Assembly (NCBI GenBank): GCA_043228905.1
Contig: JBHGNT010000014.1
Coordinates: 19,096,001 to 19,160,000 of the forward strand
Length of the DNA stretch: 64,000 nucleotides
Source of the DNA: Azolla caroliniana
Lineage: Eukaryota > Plantae > Polypodiophyta
Direction of reading: 5' to 3'
A program made the translations under genes and the position numbers. The notes under the pieces are model-generated. The model saw only the letters and a list, made by a program, of their open reading frames with translations, did no database searches and was not told the origin of the DNA. Below are positions 27,001-40,473 of the stretch, piece after piece. Position 1 is the stretch's first letter. Every line of letters starts with the position of its first letter.

Positions 27001-27113
27001 GTACAATACCAGTTTTCCACAATTCTTTAATTTGCAGTTTGGTGTAGAAGAGGGAATCACATGACACAACACAGCACATGTACAACCACCAAATGGATAA
27101 CTATATTGAGAGG

Positions 27114-27407
27114 GCTGATTCAACTACATCAAACTAGACCGGTCTTAGAATTACAGACACTTAACTTTCGATGGCTGATTCAACTATAGATCAAACTAGA
27201 AGGGTCTTAGAATCAAAGGACACTTGGCTTTGGATGGCTAATTCAACTATATCAAACAAGAAGGGTCTTAGAATTAAGGATACTTGGCTTTGGACGGCTG
27301 ATTCAACTACATAGATCAAAACTAGAAGGGTCTTAGAATCAAAGAGACTTGTCTTTCGACGGCTGATCCAACTAGAGGGGACTTAGAACCAAAGACACTT
27401 ATCTTTT
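27114..27407 (+). repeat. Minisatellite, about 5 units of 60-65 bp
   Basis: GGCTGATTCAACTA..ATCAAACTAGAAGGGTCTTAGAATCAAAGGACACTTGGCTTT repeats head to tail. Confidence 0.92.
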
Positions 27408-27799
27408 GTCTTAGTAATGAAATTTTACGTTTTGTAGTAGCACTAAAATGTTGCCTCATTGTACGCATTACATTTTTCTAGGGTATTGATCTTAGAGTCC
27501 TTGTGCTAGTTGTACACATCATGCTTTAGTAAATTTACATTTTGTAGTAGCCTTATTACGTTGTCTTATGTTAAATCATGTAATGTGTACAACAAGGCTA
27601 CATTTTTCTAGCTAACATAAGAGAAGGGTATGGACAAGAGAAACACGTTTGTGTTCTTCCTTTAACTATATTAAGGTTGCAATTCTCTAAAGATAAGCTT
27701 GATTATAATACTAAATAGTATTGACCAAATCACCTATAATAAGGGGTGCGGTGCATCTTACCACATGCCACCTCACAATCAACATTTAATTGCTCTCAA

Positions 27800-28310
27800 A
27801 TATAGTTTTTCCTTCTTTTTGTGGCACTTGAAAGTGGCAAGGAGATAAGACTCCAAGTGAGGTGGAAAACGGAAGTGGGTATTCATAAATTAGAAGCTAG
27901 CTTGGTGCCATAAACAACCTGGCATGTTGTCCAAACATCACCACAAGGCATGATTCATGAGATACTAGACCGGTACAAAGACCCTAAGGTCAATACCCAT
28001 GTGCTCCCTAGTTTGATGAATTTTTTGTGTTGTCTTAAACAAATCTTATCTTTGGAAGGGAGTTGGGACTTATCATGATGAAAATGGAAGATTAATGCTT
28101 CTATGGGGTACTTCATACAAATATTTATGGAAGGATGCTTATCACCTAAACAAGGTCTAGAGTTTAAGATTGAGGATATATCATTTAAATAATAAGAACT
28201 TGAGATATCCTCACCTAATTTGAATATTTTGTTGAAACAAATGTTACCCCCTTTACATAGTGATACTTTTGCCAAAGTCAAAACTTTGGAAGCCTTAAAA
28301 CATTATAAAA
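27800..28310 (-). mobile_element. Possible decayed LINE endonuclease-region remnant
   Basis: Weak resemblance only (LCKGGNI ~ CLGGDFN; GDKHPS ~ SDHxP); followed by (GT)n at 28346-28381. Confidence 0.25.
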
Positions 28311-28344
28311 CAAGAAACATGTATATTTATCCAAAGGAATATAA

Positions 28345-28382
<38 letters not shown>

Positions 28383-29171
28383 TCTCCCATCATGAAATTA
28401 GAGCCCTTACCAGAATATATCGAATCAAGTATCAATAAACCAGATGCAAATTATTGCAGTAGCTAAATCAAGTCAAAGGTGAGGATGGCAAATCTATCCA
28501 CAAATGCACTTATACACACTCCCTATTGCCAATACGCAAGCATGTTATATAAGATGTATAGTATAGTGTTATGGTGTCATAGGTCTCTTTAGAGATGTTG
28601 AGGTGTACACTTATCTTCTTTTTTGTACATCGGTGTACCCTCTTGAAATTGTTATGATCACAAATTATACTATTTTTATGCCTAGTCGTTGTCCTTAGAC
28701 ACTAGCATCTAGAAAGAACAAAGAAAGATATATTAATATCTTCTTTTGACATAGAGGCCCCATGCCAAAATGACATGGAGGAGAGCGGTCGGCCACACAA
28801 TACACACAATGAGAGGCGTCCCTCTAATCACACATCTCACACTCGGTGGGACAACCCCTACAACCCACACAAGACCATGACATGCCGCAGATCTAGCACA
28901 TGAGTCAAGTACGCTAGACACGCCTCCAAGCATGTCACGTTAGAATACTGCCATGGTTCACATTGTTTGTTTGAATGTGTGTCAATGAAAATTTTATGTC
29001 CCTCTTCCATTTTTACCACATAGAATGTTGCTTACATTAGAGAGTTGCACTACTTTTGAACATGGACATGCCGAGTCATTGGGTGGACGTTTGGGAATTG
29101 GGATAATGAGCTTGTGATGTTCCACTTTTCTTTTCTTTCAATCCAATAGCTTGTGTTGAGTTTGTGAGCTT

Positions 29172-29314
29172 GGGAATTGGTAAATTCACAGTTTTTTCTA
29201 TACTTTCACAGTTTTTTTTTTGAGTTCAGGAATATGATTACAAATGATAGCCAGATTCCATCCCCCCCAAAAAACTATGAAAATACAGAAAAAACTGTGA
29301 ATTTACCAATTTCC
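29172..29314. mobile_element. MITE-like foldback element with about 46-bp terminal inverted repeats
   Basis: Left GGGAATTGGTAAATTCACAGTTTTTTCTATACTTTCACAGTTTTTT; reverse complement of right end GGAAATTGGTAAATTCACAGTTTTTTCTGTATTTTCATAGTTTTTT. No clear TSD. Confidence 0.75.
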
Positions 29315-30762
29315 TTTATATATATACATATATATGCTCTTTTCACCTTTTAGTAGGTGGTGCCTTTTAAAAAATTCTAAAATAAATATGAATTCTGTGT
29401 ATAAATAAGGTAATGATGATATATGTATTAAGGCAATATATAATCATAGGTTTAAGGTATAGGAGTAATCAATGTTACTTTTTAGGGTTAATTCATTGGG
29501 CTTCTCCTCACAGGGGGGAACCTGCATGTCAGTTCTACTTCTGGGCTTGCATGATTCTCGAGCTTTTTTGCAAAAACATGAATTTGTGGATATATTTTAC
29601 ACCATGTTCACCCCATGGAATGAAGTCGCCAAATTCAAATTATCCTATATGAACGGTTAATTTTGTCTTTATTTGACATTCCAGACACGTATGCACTCAG
29701 CAACAGGTCTCTCATCTCACACATTTGTGTGCCCACTTTGGAAAATGTTAAAAAACATTGTAAATATGCTTTGTCGTTAAACATGCAAGGTTGAAACAAC
29801 CTATAATTGAACTTGCTCACTAATATATTACCGTAGGAATATGGATTTCTTTTTCCCACCTTTGATGATTGTAGAACACCGCCATCAATGTTTCAAACAT
29901 GATACAAGTCATTTTCGCACTAAATGAATGTCTATTTTACCATGAATGTAGATCCACCATTCATTATTCTTCCAAAGTTTCTTTCTAGCTAATTACACTA
30001 TACAACTATTCTTTCTATCTAATATGTACACATTTACTCTACTAACTGCACAAGACAGTGATATTTATACTTCATTATCCTTTACGCTTCTCACAATAAT
30101 ATGATACAAGCCATATAAAAAATTGTAAGAGCGTTATAGTTTGGAGTTCTTTACTCTCTCAGTAATAATCGTCCAACTCATTTTAAATTTTGTGAGGCAA
30201 TCATTCAAATGCACTATACACACAAAAACGTTTGCTTTTGCATCTCAACTCATCAAATTTCACTTCAGTAAGTGTTTACAAGTGAGGCTCATTAACAAGG
30301 ATACAGTTTGTTTGTATGGATCACAAGTAGGTCATGATATGGATGAAGAGATCTACTTCACATTAATCAAGTTTATTTGATTTAACCCTTGTTATGAAGC
30401 ACCTTTTTCTTCTCTTCATGTATAGCATCATAGTTTGTATGCAGCAATATAGTTTCTCTTCTGACCATCTGTTATTTGAAAGCATTCAACATCGCTTGTT
30501 CACAAATGAAAACAACACTTAGGCTCTATAAAATTTTGAACTCTTAAATCAAGCGGTCAATTAAATAGTAAACCACAGTAACATTTGATCATTCCTCATT
30601 GTGCACAATCTTAACTTGGATTGTTCTATTATTAAAGAAATCCTGGTTATCATCTGAATAGTGAAACCTTTATGTCGCAAAAAAAACCCTGGTACAAATC
30701 GTATACTTTATTTGATACATATCACCTATACGTGATTCAACCTTGAGTGGGTAAAATAGGCA

Positions 30763-33700
30763 CTATGTGCTTGGGTTGCCAAACACTTTGTGGATATCGT
30801 CAAACGAAACGGTTGCTGAGCCTCTCTTCTTTGCACCTTGTTGTGATGGATGTGGCCGCCATCCAGCCATGTAGATTACCTAAAAATTGCAAAAGTGTAC
30901 AAACTGTTTTATGACACATAACAAGGTAATTATGAGATAATGAAGGCTAGAATAGATCTATTAGAGCATGGAGGTAATCACGCATTAATGAAGGTTGAAA
31001 TCCATTAGTTTGTAGAAATCAGTGATTAGCAGTTAATGAAGGCTAGAGTAGGATCCATTTTGTTAGTAATAGGCCCATTAGTGAGCACTGAGTGAAGGTA
31101 ATTAGGAGTTTAGAGTATATTCATAAGTGAAGGGGTTAATGAAGGTTAATCTAGGCTCGTTAATGATTGGAGATAATTCGGATCTAAGAGTAGGTCTAGA
31201 CTACGTTTCTTGGCTTTCCACAACATGAATGGCTATGGTATGAACATAGACTAAAGGATTTGAATGTAAGAAACGGCGATCTAGCCTTTATGCATCATTC
31301 ATTTCTCTTCAGCAGCTATCTAGCCTTTATGCATTATTCTTCTCTCTTCTAGCCAGGGATCTTGTCAATCATCTACATCAGAACCCAAGGTATATTCTAC
31401 GTGCCTCTATGCATTAGTAAAACTCCATGACCATACATGAATTTATGTTCAATAATCATTTTTGTTTGAGAATCTGATCCTAACAACAATCCCATCCATA
31501 ACTACGATTAATCATGTCCTCCAACATTCACAACTCTAGCACATGAGATTAATAAGACTGTATCTTATCAGCGTTAATTCAACAAGGCCAGGAGATTTGT
31601 TGGATTAACGTTGAGGGATTTTCCTGTTTTGATATTATTTAAATTCTCTAATCGAGAAAACAAACCTGGAAGGTGGCAGAAATGCCTTCACTATCCCCAA
31701 ACATTGCATCATAAATCCCTGCCGCTGCCAAAGCTGTTTCTCTTCTCAAAGACTGTTAAGTAGGGGGGAGAAACCATGTAAATAATTAGGGTTTTCTTTA
31801 TGTCTGCAAATGTCCCTAGATTTTCAGGTTTTTCCCAAAATGCCCCTAGTCAATCAATGAAAGAGAAAACAATAATTTCTCAAATCACACATATAATTGC
31901 TCAACAACGGTTTGACCAAGCACATATGGGGAAATATAGAAATCTTAGGGGCACCAAGCAATGAAAAATTGAGGTATTTCTCTGATCATTATTAGATGAT
32001 CACATTCCGAGCATACCTTCACTCTTTGTGAGACTGCATTATTTTCACCCATGCTACGCAAATGCTCAATTAACTCCAAAGCTATCATTTTAGAAATGAA
32101 GTTATTATAGGGACCAAGCTAGGAATTCACATATTTCTCTAGCATTTACCACAACAGATGAAGCATACCACTTGGGTACCGCATTGTATAGGTATCCGTA
32201 TCTACAGTTGGAAGCGCATACCCTGCCCCTGTAAGCAGGTTACCAGCATCTTGGACCTGTAACAGGTTGTTTTTAGAAATAGACATGTCTGAAACATGAG
32301 ACAGATAGACTTTGATATTGTCTCCTCGAAGGTTAAATAGGACCCCTTAGAAAGGAAGAAAGATATATTAACGTCTTTTAAGAGAAAAGGGAAGAAAGAG
32401 AAAAAGTATTGCGCGGAAAATCATTGTTACAATTATGGGTTACTTAAAGCTATCTATATTGAAAAATATTAATATCTACTAGATGCCCAGCAATTCATCA
32501 TTACGAATATGGGTGACTTCCAACTATCAATACTGAAACAAGAAATATAATCTCTAGCTTCCCAAAGATTCATGTTAAGGATCTTCATGCATTAGGTAGC
32601 TTTACAATTGGTAATACTCTTGAGATGGTTTCACAAGCATGACGTGCATAACTACCATATGTATGGATAAGTAATGGTGAGAAGACATGGTACCCAATGT
32701 TTGTCGGTTTGGAGAAAAGGACTAAGTACACCGATTGCATCTAGGTGTCCTCAGGGCAGATCAAAAAGAATGAAAGAGAAATAGAGAGATATATTTTTAG
32801 AGAGAGAGAGAGAGAGAGATTAGATTAGATATTTTTTAGTGTCCATCAAGAAGCCAATTTTGACAGATAGATAGATAGATTATATTATCGTCTTCGGAGG
32901 TCAAATATGACCTATGAGACCAAAAATATTACAGAGACAGAAAGAAAGAGAGAGAAGATTAGATTAGATCTTTTTTAGCGTCCATAGAGAGGCCAATATT
33001 GACAGAGAGAGTGAGTGAGAGAGAGAGAGAGAGAGAGATAAGAAAGGATGAAAAAATTCTTAACTTCTGTTAAAGGCCAAAACCAGCATATAAAACAAAT
33101 CAGACATACAAAGATGTATGCCAGTTGGCTATCAAAAGCAGTACAAGAAAAACAATGAAAGAAATGTTACATCAACGTTTTCAAAAGGACAAAGTGACCT
33201 ATGAGATCAACACTTAAATTCATGTCAATCTTGTAGAGATAAAGACCTGCACCAAAGGTGACACCCGAGCACTTATGCCACCTTCACGTTCCAGTTGTGC
33301 AGCAGTGCACGAAATCCTCAGTTCCCTAGTGAAGAAAAAAATATGATTCATCAGTAGTGCAAAATTATGACTTACAATTGGTATGCAAGTCTTTTTAACA
33401 AAACAATAAAACCAAAGCAATTCCTATCATATACCATCACAGTTACATTTGTCTGAGCTTTGAATCTACTTAGCAGAAAACATGGACAAACAAACAACAA
33501 AATCTACTAATCTTGAAACTTGATATTATTTTTAGGATCAAGACCAAACTGACGGGAATACAACCTGAAATTTACATTCATCTGTTGTGAAAATTATCCA
33601 TCCATGCTGTGATGAAGTAGCTATAGGTTTAAAAAGTGAACTGAATAAAATGTTCGAATTAATTCAATGTAATTAGATAATTATATACTCCTACCAACTG

Positions 33701-36700
33701 AATACTCCCAAGCTGCAATTAAATCAACCCACCTGTGCCATATACACTTCCCATACTAAGCAGACTCCCAGAGGCTACAAGTTTAAGCCATGAAATTGGG
33801 TTCTGCAATATAGGTCATAGCCAATCATTGTCACCATCGATTACAATGGATTTCTCTATCATGTGATAAGAGAAGACAGAGGAGTATTCAAGCATAGCTA
33901 GACTTATATACTGAACCCCTCCAGCTTATGCCAGAACCATAGCTATCCAAGCTATTAGGCATATTTGAGACCTCACATAGAACTAATGAATTGCTAAATA
34001 TATGCACATTGCACTGTAATTTTGCAAAATAAGGAATGAGTGCTATTGGAGAAGAGGGAGGGAGGAGTGCATGAGGGTGCCCAGCCATATATATATATAT
34101 ATATATATATTAAAACCGTAATTTATGTCCAGAACATATCTGTCTGCGATCCAGATATGGCCACCCAATTCTATATCTTGCCTTACTTCACTTCGAATGC
34201 ATAATCATAGGTATGCTCGTAAGTTTGGCGAAATCCCCTTGCAATGCTCAACTTCAGGTTTGACTTCAAGACGACCCTCTCCTCCAGGCCCACCATTTCC
34301 TTGACATTTCTCTCATGAACCAGGTCATCCTCATTATGCATCTCATCAGATGCAGTGTCTCCTCTCGCGTTATTCGCACTTCTCAATCAGACAGTTTAGT
34401 GGTTTTTGTGACCCCTCTCAAACCTTCTATATACTTTCTAAAAACTCCACATTTATTTTTTATCAAGGGCTTGTACTTCATATTCAACTACAACCCTGTT
34501 GTTGGCCTCCTTCATACTTGAGCTTTAGAATTAGAATTTTTATCGTCCATAGAGAGGCCAATTTTGAGCTATGGGACCAGAGTATACATGTGTTCTTGAT
34601 ATGTGTCTCCTTCCTAAAAAGGGGTATTCATACATTGAAGTACAAAGTCTCTATGCGTGAATAAAGCATACACATATGAGCTCAACCTTCTAGGTGGTGT
34701 CTTAAGTATGGCACTTACGTTATCACTCCCTCTTAGTATGTCAGCATATCTTGAACGAATTGCACTATATGCCGAGCATGTGAAAAGCAAGTGACATTCA
34801 TCCTCTACCATGCCTTCATTGCATACTTTACATGGCTTCAAATTCGTTACATTTTGATACCATGATGCAACTTCAATACCTAACTTGGACACTATCATAA
34901 GGTGAGGTAACCTGATTGTGGGCTGATTAACTTAAAAGGACACCTAATAAATTAGAACACAATAGACAATTTAAGAAAAACATACAAACAAGAGGTACCA
35001 AAAGAACAAAATAGACACTCAATTATCAGACATCTAAAAATATCAACAACTCTATTTCCAACTTTTTGATTGTCTTTTGTACAAATACCAAAGAGGAAAG
35101 CTTACTTCAATGTTTCCCCTCCCAGCATTGCTGCCAAAAACAATCCATCTGGTTTTAATGCATTCCTGCACTGCCCGTACAATACAAGATCAAAATTATC
35201 TCTTTCTTTCTTTCACATACATTAATAAAGTTTTCTTCCTTTCTATTTTACTATCTTTAGTATTTTATTACCAAACCTTTAGGCAGCCTACTTTTAAAAT
35301 GTATGAATCCATACCTGAACCATAGCACCAGGGAGGTCATTTACCCAATGCATACCCAAGGCACTAATGATAAGGTCAAGAGATCTGCAGCATATATCCA
35401 AAACATTTTATTAGATAATACCAGTTGCTATTAATCAGCTATAAGCTGCAGTTATCCATGTCTTAAGGCCAATTTGACCTCCAAGAACTAATCAATCTTA
35501 ATGAGGGTAAATATTCTTAAGGAAAAAACTCCAAAATACCACTGAGTTCTTTATTTCCCTGAATTCCCCTTAGTTCTCCTATTTTATTTTTATATTTATC
35601 TAAATAACCCTGGTCAAACCCCAGAAGAGAGAAAACAAGGATGAATTGGACATATAAATGTTCAAATACTGCATATCATTGTTAAGAAAAGTCATATTCT
35701 TATATTATATTTTATGGGATATTTTAAAAATTTTACCATATTCTTATATTATAGAAATTTAAATTTGTGAAGTAACTCAAACACAGGAAAACAAATTTAG
35801 ATCCAAACACACCCTTCCTTGAAAGGTAGAAATTCTTCATCACCAACAACATAGAGATTCTCAAAGTTGACATTTTCTGGTCTCACATTCATAGACTTCT
35901 TGATCATTTCATGCGAGAGATCCATCGTTACTAGCTGATTTATTCCCCCTGCAAATTAAGACCGAAAGGATTTAGATAAATTTAACAACTATATGACATA
36001 AGAAAAAGGCAATTTAATTTACCGCGTACTTTAAGCAGTTTCTTTACATGTGAAACTGCCCCTCCCATGTTCAATGCTGTGGGGAATGTTCGCTTGCAAT
36101 CCTGCAATAACAGGAATGATGTGTAATATGCCTAAATACAATGCTAGACACTATGAATAAAAAATCAGGGTGGTGTTACAATGGAAACAAAAGGCTCAAA
36201 TGATGATGTGGACAAAGGTGTGCCTCTAGAAGATCTATCAATACCACCTCTCAATTAAAAGCATATGCGGAGCATCACTCAGTAAAAGGTGAATGGGAAC
36301 AAAGAAATTCCATAATTAAAAATAATAATACTGCCCTAAAATCAGGCAATACCACTCACAAAAAATTTCCCAATAAATTTCAAAGTTCGATAACACCAAT
36401 TCAAAGTCCTAAAAATTCTATGGCAGCTTTACCATAACAACGTTTTCCATCAGCACTTTGCCTATCAGGTAACTCCTACTTGCTTATCAAGTTGTTGAAG
36501 CTCAGCTCTATATTCAAGACTCAATGTGAATTCCAATATGTTAAAGGTATGTCTTTACCATCATAATGTTTTTGCTTTCTTCGGCATTATGTCTACTATT
36601 TTAATTCCTGTTTGCTTGTAAAGAAACTGAACAACAGCACTCATGAAGATCAGCTATATAATCTAAGTGTGTGGAGAGGGGGGGGGGGATTTTCAATTTT

Positions 36701-38167
36701 CAATTTGTCAAGGTATTACAGCTTCACCGTAATAATGGCCTTCATCAGCATTTAGCCTACCAGTTCAATCCTGCATTTCTTTTTTTAGATGAGTCAACAA
36801 CTCCCCTTTGCTTGCTCAAGAGACTTCATTTTGTAGCACCTGATCACCTCTAGCAGAATTGAACTATTGAACATTAGAACTGAAGTGAATGCGGCAATCT
36901 CAGACAACTTCTTATCAAAAGATCCCACCTTTGATCAAAATTTTGCTCCGCTTTAGTGCAACAGTGGCAAAACTGGTAAAACTAATAAATAAGTGATTAC
37001 CATTCACTATGAAAACCCTAATTGCAAATGCACACTCACCTCAAGGCGGTCAAGCAAGTTCTCAGTGACAACATCGAGAAGGCCATCTTCTGGATTCATA
37101 AGCCAAGCTGCTCTGTCCCTCTGCTCAAAAGCAAAGAACCAATTGATGAAGAGCTCATGTACCAAACTGAAACTTGTTCGGGAGGTAAATGATTCATTAT
37201 TTATTCCCAAATCAAAGAAGATAAACAGTAAATGAAACAATCATATACAAACTGAAGCTTTTGGCAAATAATCGTCATCTACGATCGTATCAACGAATAA
37301 GTAAATGACAAATTCATGTACCAAACTGAAGCTTGTTAGGGAGGTAAACCAATCATCATTATGTTCAACACAAACAACGAAAATAATCTATGATTAGATA
37401 GAGAATACAATAATCAATGAACATAACAAGTAAATAAAGAATTCATATACCCAGCTAAAGCTTCTGGTGGATGCAAATCATCCATCATGTATGCTCCAGT
37501 CAAAGAGAATAAATGGCAAATGAGGAATTCATGTGCCAAGACAAAGCTTGTCAGGAGTATGAAAGAAAATAACAAGCAAACCACGAATTCATTAGCAAAG
37601 TGAAGCCTTTTAGGAAGGGAAAATCATTCATCATTGATGCTCAAATCATAAGAAAATAGCAGTCGTGTACACAACTAGATCTAGTGGGGAAATCAATTAT
37701 TCATTATCTGTTTTGATATCAGAAAAGTTAAATCATTCATGATCTATGTTAAATGAATAACAAACTAACAAGTGAATGAAGATTGGTAAGTAAATGAAGA
37801 ACCATGAATCAAAATGATGAATGTGGCAGAGGAAATCATCGTGCATGTCCAAAACCAAATAAATGGTAAAGAAACCATAGCAGTCATGGACAATTCACAT
37901 ACCAATGTAGCTCTTGTGAGATCAATTGTATAATGCATCATATAGGGGGAGAGGGAGAGGGAGGGAGGGAGAGAGACTGAAGAAGAAAATATAGGATAGA
38001 AATGATAGGTCTGTTACCTGTTTTTTTTTATAGGACCTGTCAAAGATGTCTACTTTCTCTTTGGCTTCACTGGTTTCACGAAGTGTGGAGAGCTTCATAG
38101 CTCTGTTGTGGCTCTGGAACAAGGAGAAGAGAGGATCCCGGAACGCGCTGCATTTCCTCAGAGACAT
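30763..38167 (-). CDS. NDUFAF5: NDUFAF5-like SAM-fold protein (mitochondrial complex I assembly factor), 11 exons
   Basis: Exons (minus) 38167-38018, 37120-37040, 36101-36023, 35948-35813, 35384-35315, 35170-35106, 33325-33247, 32256-32169, 32081-32017, 31752-31666, 30879-30763, GT-AG. Family motifs IFDRxxKxKQRDRAA, [73 protein letters not shown]. Confidence 0.96.
32780..33215 (-). mobile_element. Stack of about 5 very short RTE 3' ends separated by (GA)n/(GATA)n/(GATTA)n tails, NDUFAF5 intron 7
   Basis: Units such as TATTATCGTCTTCGGAGGTCAAATATGACCTATGAGACCAA and TTAGCGTCCATAGAGAGGCCAATATTGAC match the RTE termini at 47700 and 34530. Confidence 0.7.
34525..34900 (-). mobile_element. 5'-truncated RTE-clade LINE in NDUFAF5 intron 6
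   Basis: KLGIEVASW...[29 protein letters not shown] is the C-terminal CCHC region of RTE ORFs; ends in a short (TTAGA) tail. Confidence 0.8.
37150..37920. repeat. Degenerate 70-90 bp minisatellite filling NDUFAF5 intron 1
   Basis: TCATRTACCAAACTGAAGCTTGT...AAATCATTCATCAT recurs near 37155, 37241, 37315, 37443, 37528, 37588, 37662 and 37894. Confidence 0.7.
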
Positions 38168-38409
38168 GGTGGATGATGCGAAGGCAAGACAGAGAGGAAA
38201 GAAGGAAGGCGCATAGACACAGAGAGAAGCAGGGGCAGGGCCAGGGCCAGGGCCAGGGGGCTATACGGTACAAGAGAGAGCTCCTAGTTTTGGAAATTTA
38301 CCATATATAGCCCTCAAGTTTCCTCAATTTACCATCCCTGCCCCCCAAAGTCTTCTTCTCTAATCTCTTCTCTTCTTCTGTTTGTGTTTAGGTCCCTTCA
38401 TAAACCCCT

Positions 38410-38418
38410 AAACCCTAA
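38410..38418. promoter_or_regulatory. Telo-box (AAACCCTAA) with flanking near-copies upstream of NDUFAF5
   Basis: TAAACCCCTAAACCCTAACCCTTAAACCCT about 240 bp from the ATG; a known plant promoter motif, function here inferred. Confidence 0.5.
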
Positions 38419-39852
38419 CCCTTAAACCCTCCTTGTAGTTTAGGAAGCAATGTTCGGTGGGCCGGCGACTACTAGATGTGGGACATGTAACTCTCCGATT
38501 CTGAAACGAACGTTGATGGTCTCATTCACCCAATTTACTGAGAGAGAATTCCACTAACCATCGTAAGGTGATTAGGTCTGCTGGTTTTTGTCTGGGCGGT
38601 CCTATGAGATGATTAGAGTGCATCTCATCACATTCCAGATCTATCAAATAATCGATGAATCGTGAATTTTTGTTATATGTTGGCATCATTCGCTTGCTTG
38701 CTTCGACTAGCATCATGGCCAACTTGACTTGCATTCGTTTTTTTATTCACCGAATTAACCCTAAGTTTACATCGACTATCTTCTTATTGTTGAGCCTTCT
38801 TGTTGAAACATATGTATAGGAGAAGAAAACACGTTTTCTTCGTCACCAAATGATCACTTCCTTATTTTTGGACTTTATGTGATTATAACTTTTTGAGTTT
38901 TACCATGCATTACCTTCACGAGGTAAGTGTTGTGTTTATTGATTGGCAACTGATTTGGGTTCCCTAATTAATAAATATCCTTTATTGTTCCTCGAATGTG
39001 TTTCGCATCATTTAATGCATGCCTTACTTGCACACGGTTCATTTTGTTGGATATCTTTTTACTCCTTGTGAGGCTTTCATGTTCCTGGTGACTTGGTTAG
39101 TACTAGAGCATTAGGTAGTTATTAGCCCATAAAAGTAAGTAGTTATGGCATTGCAGGTTTTAGACCCAACAATTCATTTTTCATAAGAGTAGGATGTCTT
39201 ACTTCCCTATGCCTTTACACTACTTTACTTATTTGGCAAATAAATTATGAAGGCATTATTTCACAAAGAAGTACATGGGTTGAAGAAAGGCAACATATGG
39301 AGTTAGAAATCACCAATGTCATTTGGGAGCTTTAGATCATGTATCGAAGCAATATCATCGCGTGGAAACTTCTAAGTAGTACCTTGTTTCGTAATACCCT
39401 TGGTAAATATTGCCACTAGTACAACCCTTTACTACGAGTGGTCCAGTGTATCTGTGTTGGGGGATGTTAAAGAGAAGTATTTGAGCTAGTGGGAAGGCAA
39501 TGCGTTGATTTGAACATCGCAAAATGCGGTGTTTTTTCTGACGTTGCATTTAGTATGCTTTGGTACAGTGAAGTTCGAGGCAAACAAAAAACAATTGTAA
39601 AATGGGTATTATAAGCAAAAGAAAGGTGTGTCAAACTTGAACTCGAGATCATAGATAGGAGGAGCGATGTCAAGGCTCCGACACAAACATTTACTATCCA
39701 TAGCACGGGCAAAGGGTTGGGCGTTCGAGTCAGTACAAAGCCACTAGCGGCATGGAGTCGAAAAGTGACAAAGGAAGGAGAGGACATATAACGGAGAAGC
39801 ATTAGACCCTTTTGAGTAAAGGCTCGTTAATGAAGTATCTTTTGCAAATGGT

Positions 39853-40165
39853 GGGTCCGAGGCCGCAGGGGTGTCCAGTTAGGATTAGGCTTGGGCACGA
39901 GGCTTGTCCAGGTGTCTGGTCAGGATCGAGTCGGACACGAGGCTCACCTCGGTGTCTGGTCAAGATTGGGCCCGGGCACGAGGGCTGTCCGGTTGGGATC
40001 GGTCGGGCCGGACACGAGGCTTGTCTAGGTGTCCGGTCGGGATCGGGCGGGACACGAGGCCAGTCCAAGTGTCCGGTCAGATTGGGCGGGACACGAGGCC
40101 AGTCGGGGTGTCCGGTCAGATCGGAGCGGACCGGACACAGGGCGTGTCGGGATGTCCGGCCCGGA
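39853..40165. repeat. GC-rich minisatellite of about 39-bp self-complementary units upstream of mTERF
   Basis: About 8 units GGACACGAGGC-N8-GTGTCCGGTCRGATCGG with internal GGACAC/GTGTCC inverted pair; followed by 27-bp repeats (40234-40300) and (CTT)n(CCT)n(CT)n to 40447. Confidence 0.85.
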
Positions 40166-40407
40166 GCAAGGCCCCAGAGAAACCCCCAAGCCTCAAGGGG
40201 ACCTCTCGAGTCTCAGGTCTATCCTCCTCCATGTCGCCATAACCTTCTTCTGCTCAGAGCTCGCCATAGCCATCTTCTGCTCCGAGCTCGCCATAGCCTT
40301 CTTCTTCTTCTTCTTCTTCTTCTTCTTCCCTCTGTCGAGGTCCACATAGCTTCCTCTCATCAGAGGCTTCCGTAGCTTCTTCTCCCTTCTACCTCCTCCT
40401 CCTCCTC

Positions 40408-40449
<42 letters not shown>

Positions 40450-40473
40450 GGCGCTGCTCTGAAAGAGATCGCA

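Noticed and set aside
27114-27407. CRISPR-like regular repeat
   Set aside because: Whole units repeat, there are no unique spacers, no cas genes, and the context is eukaryotic.
34183-34386. 67-aa ORF in NDUFAF5 intron 6 as a nested gene or extra exon
   Set aside because: Non-ATG start, no recognisable family, and NDUFAF5 is complete without it; probably a TE remnant.
38460-39800. Possible LTR/PBS remnant (TGGTGACG on minus strand near 38845)
   Set aside because: No paired LTR or coding domain could be identified by eye.
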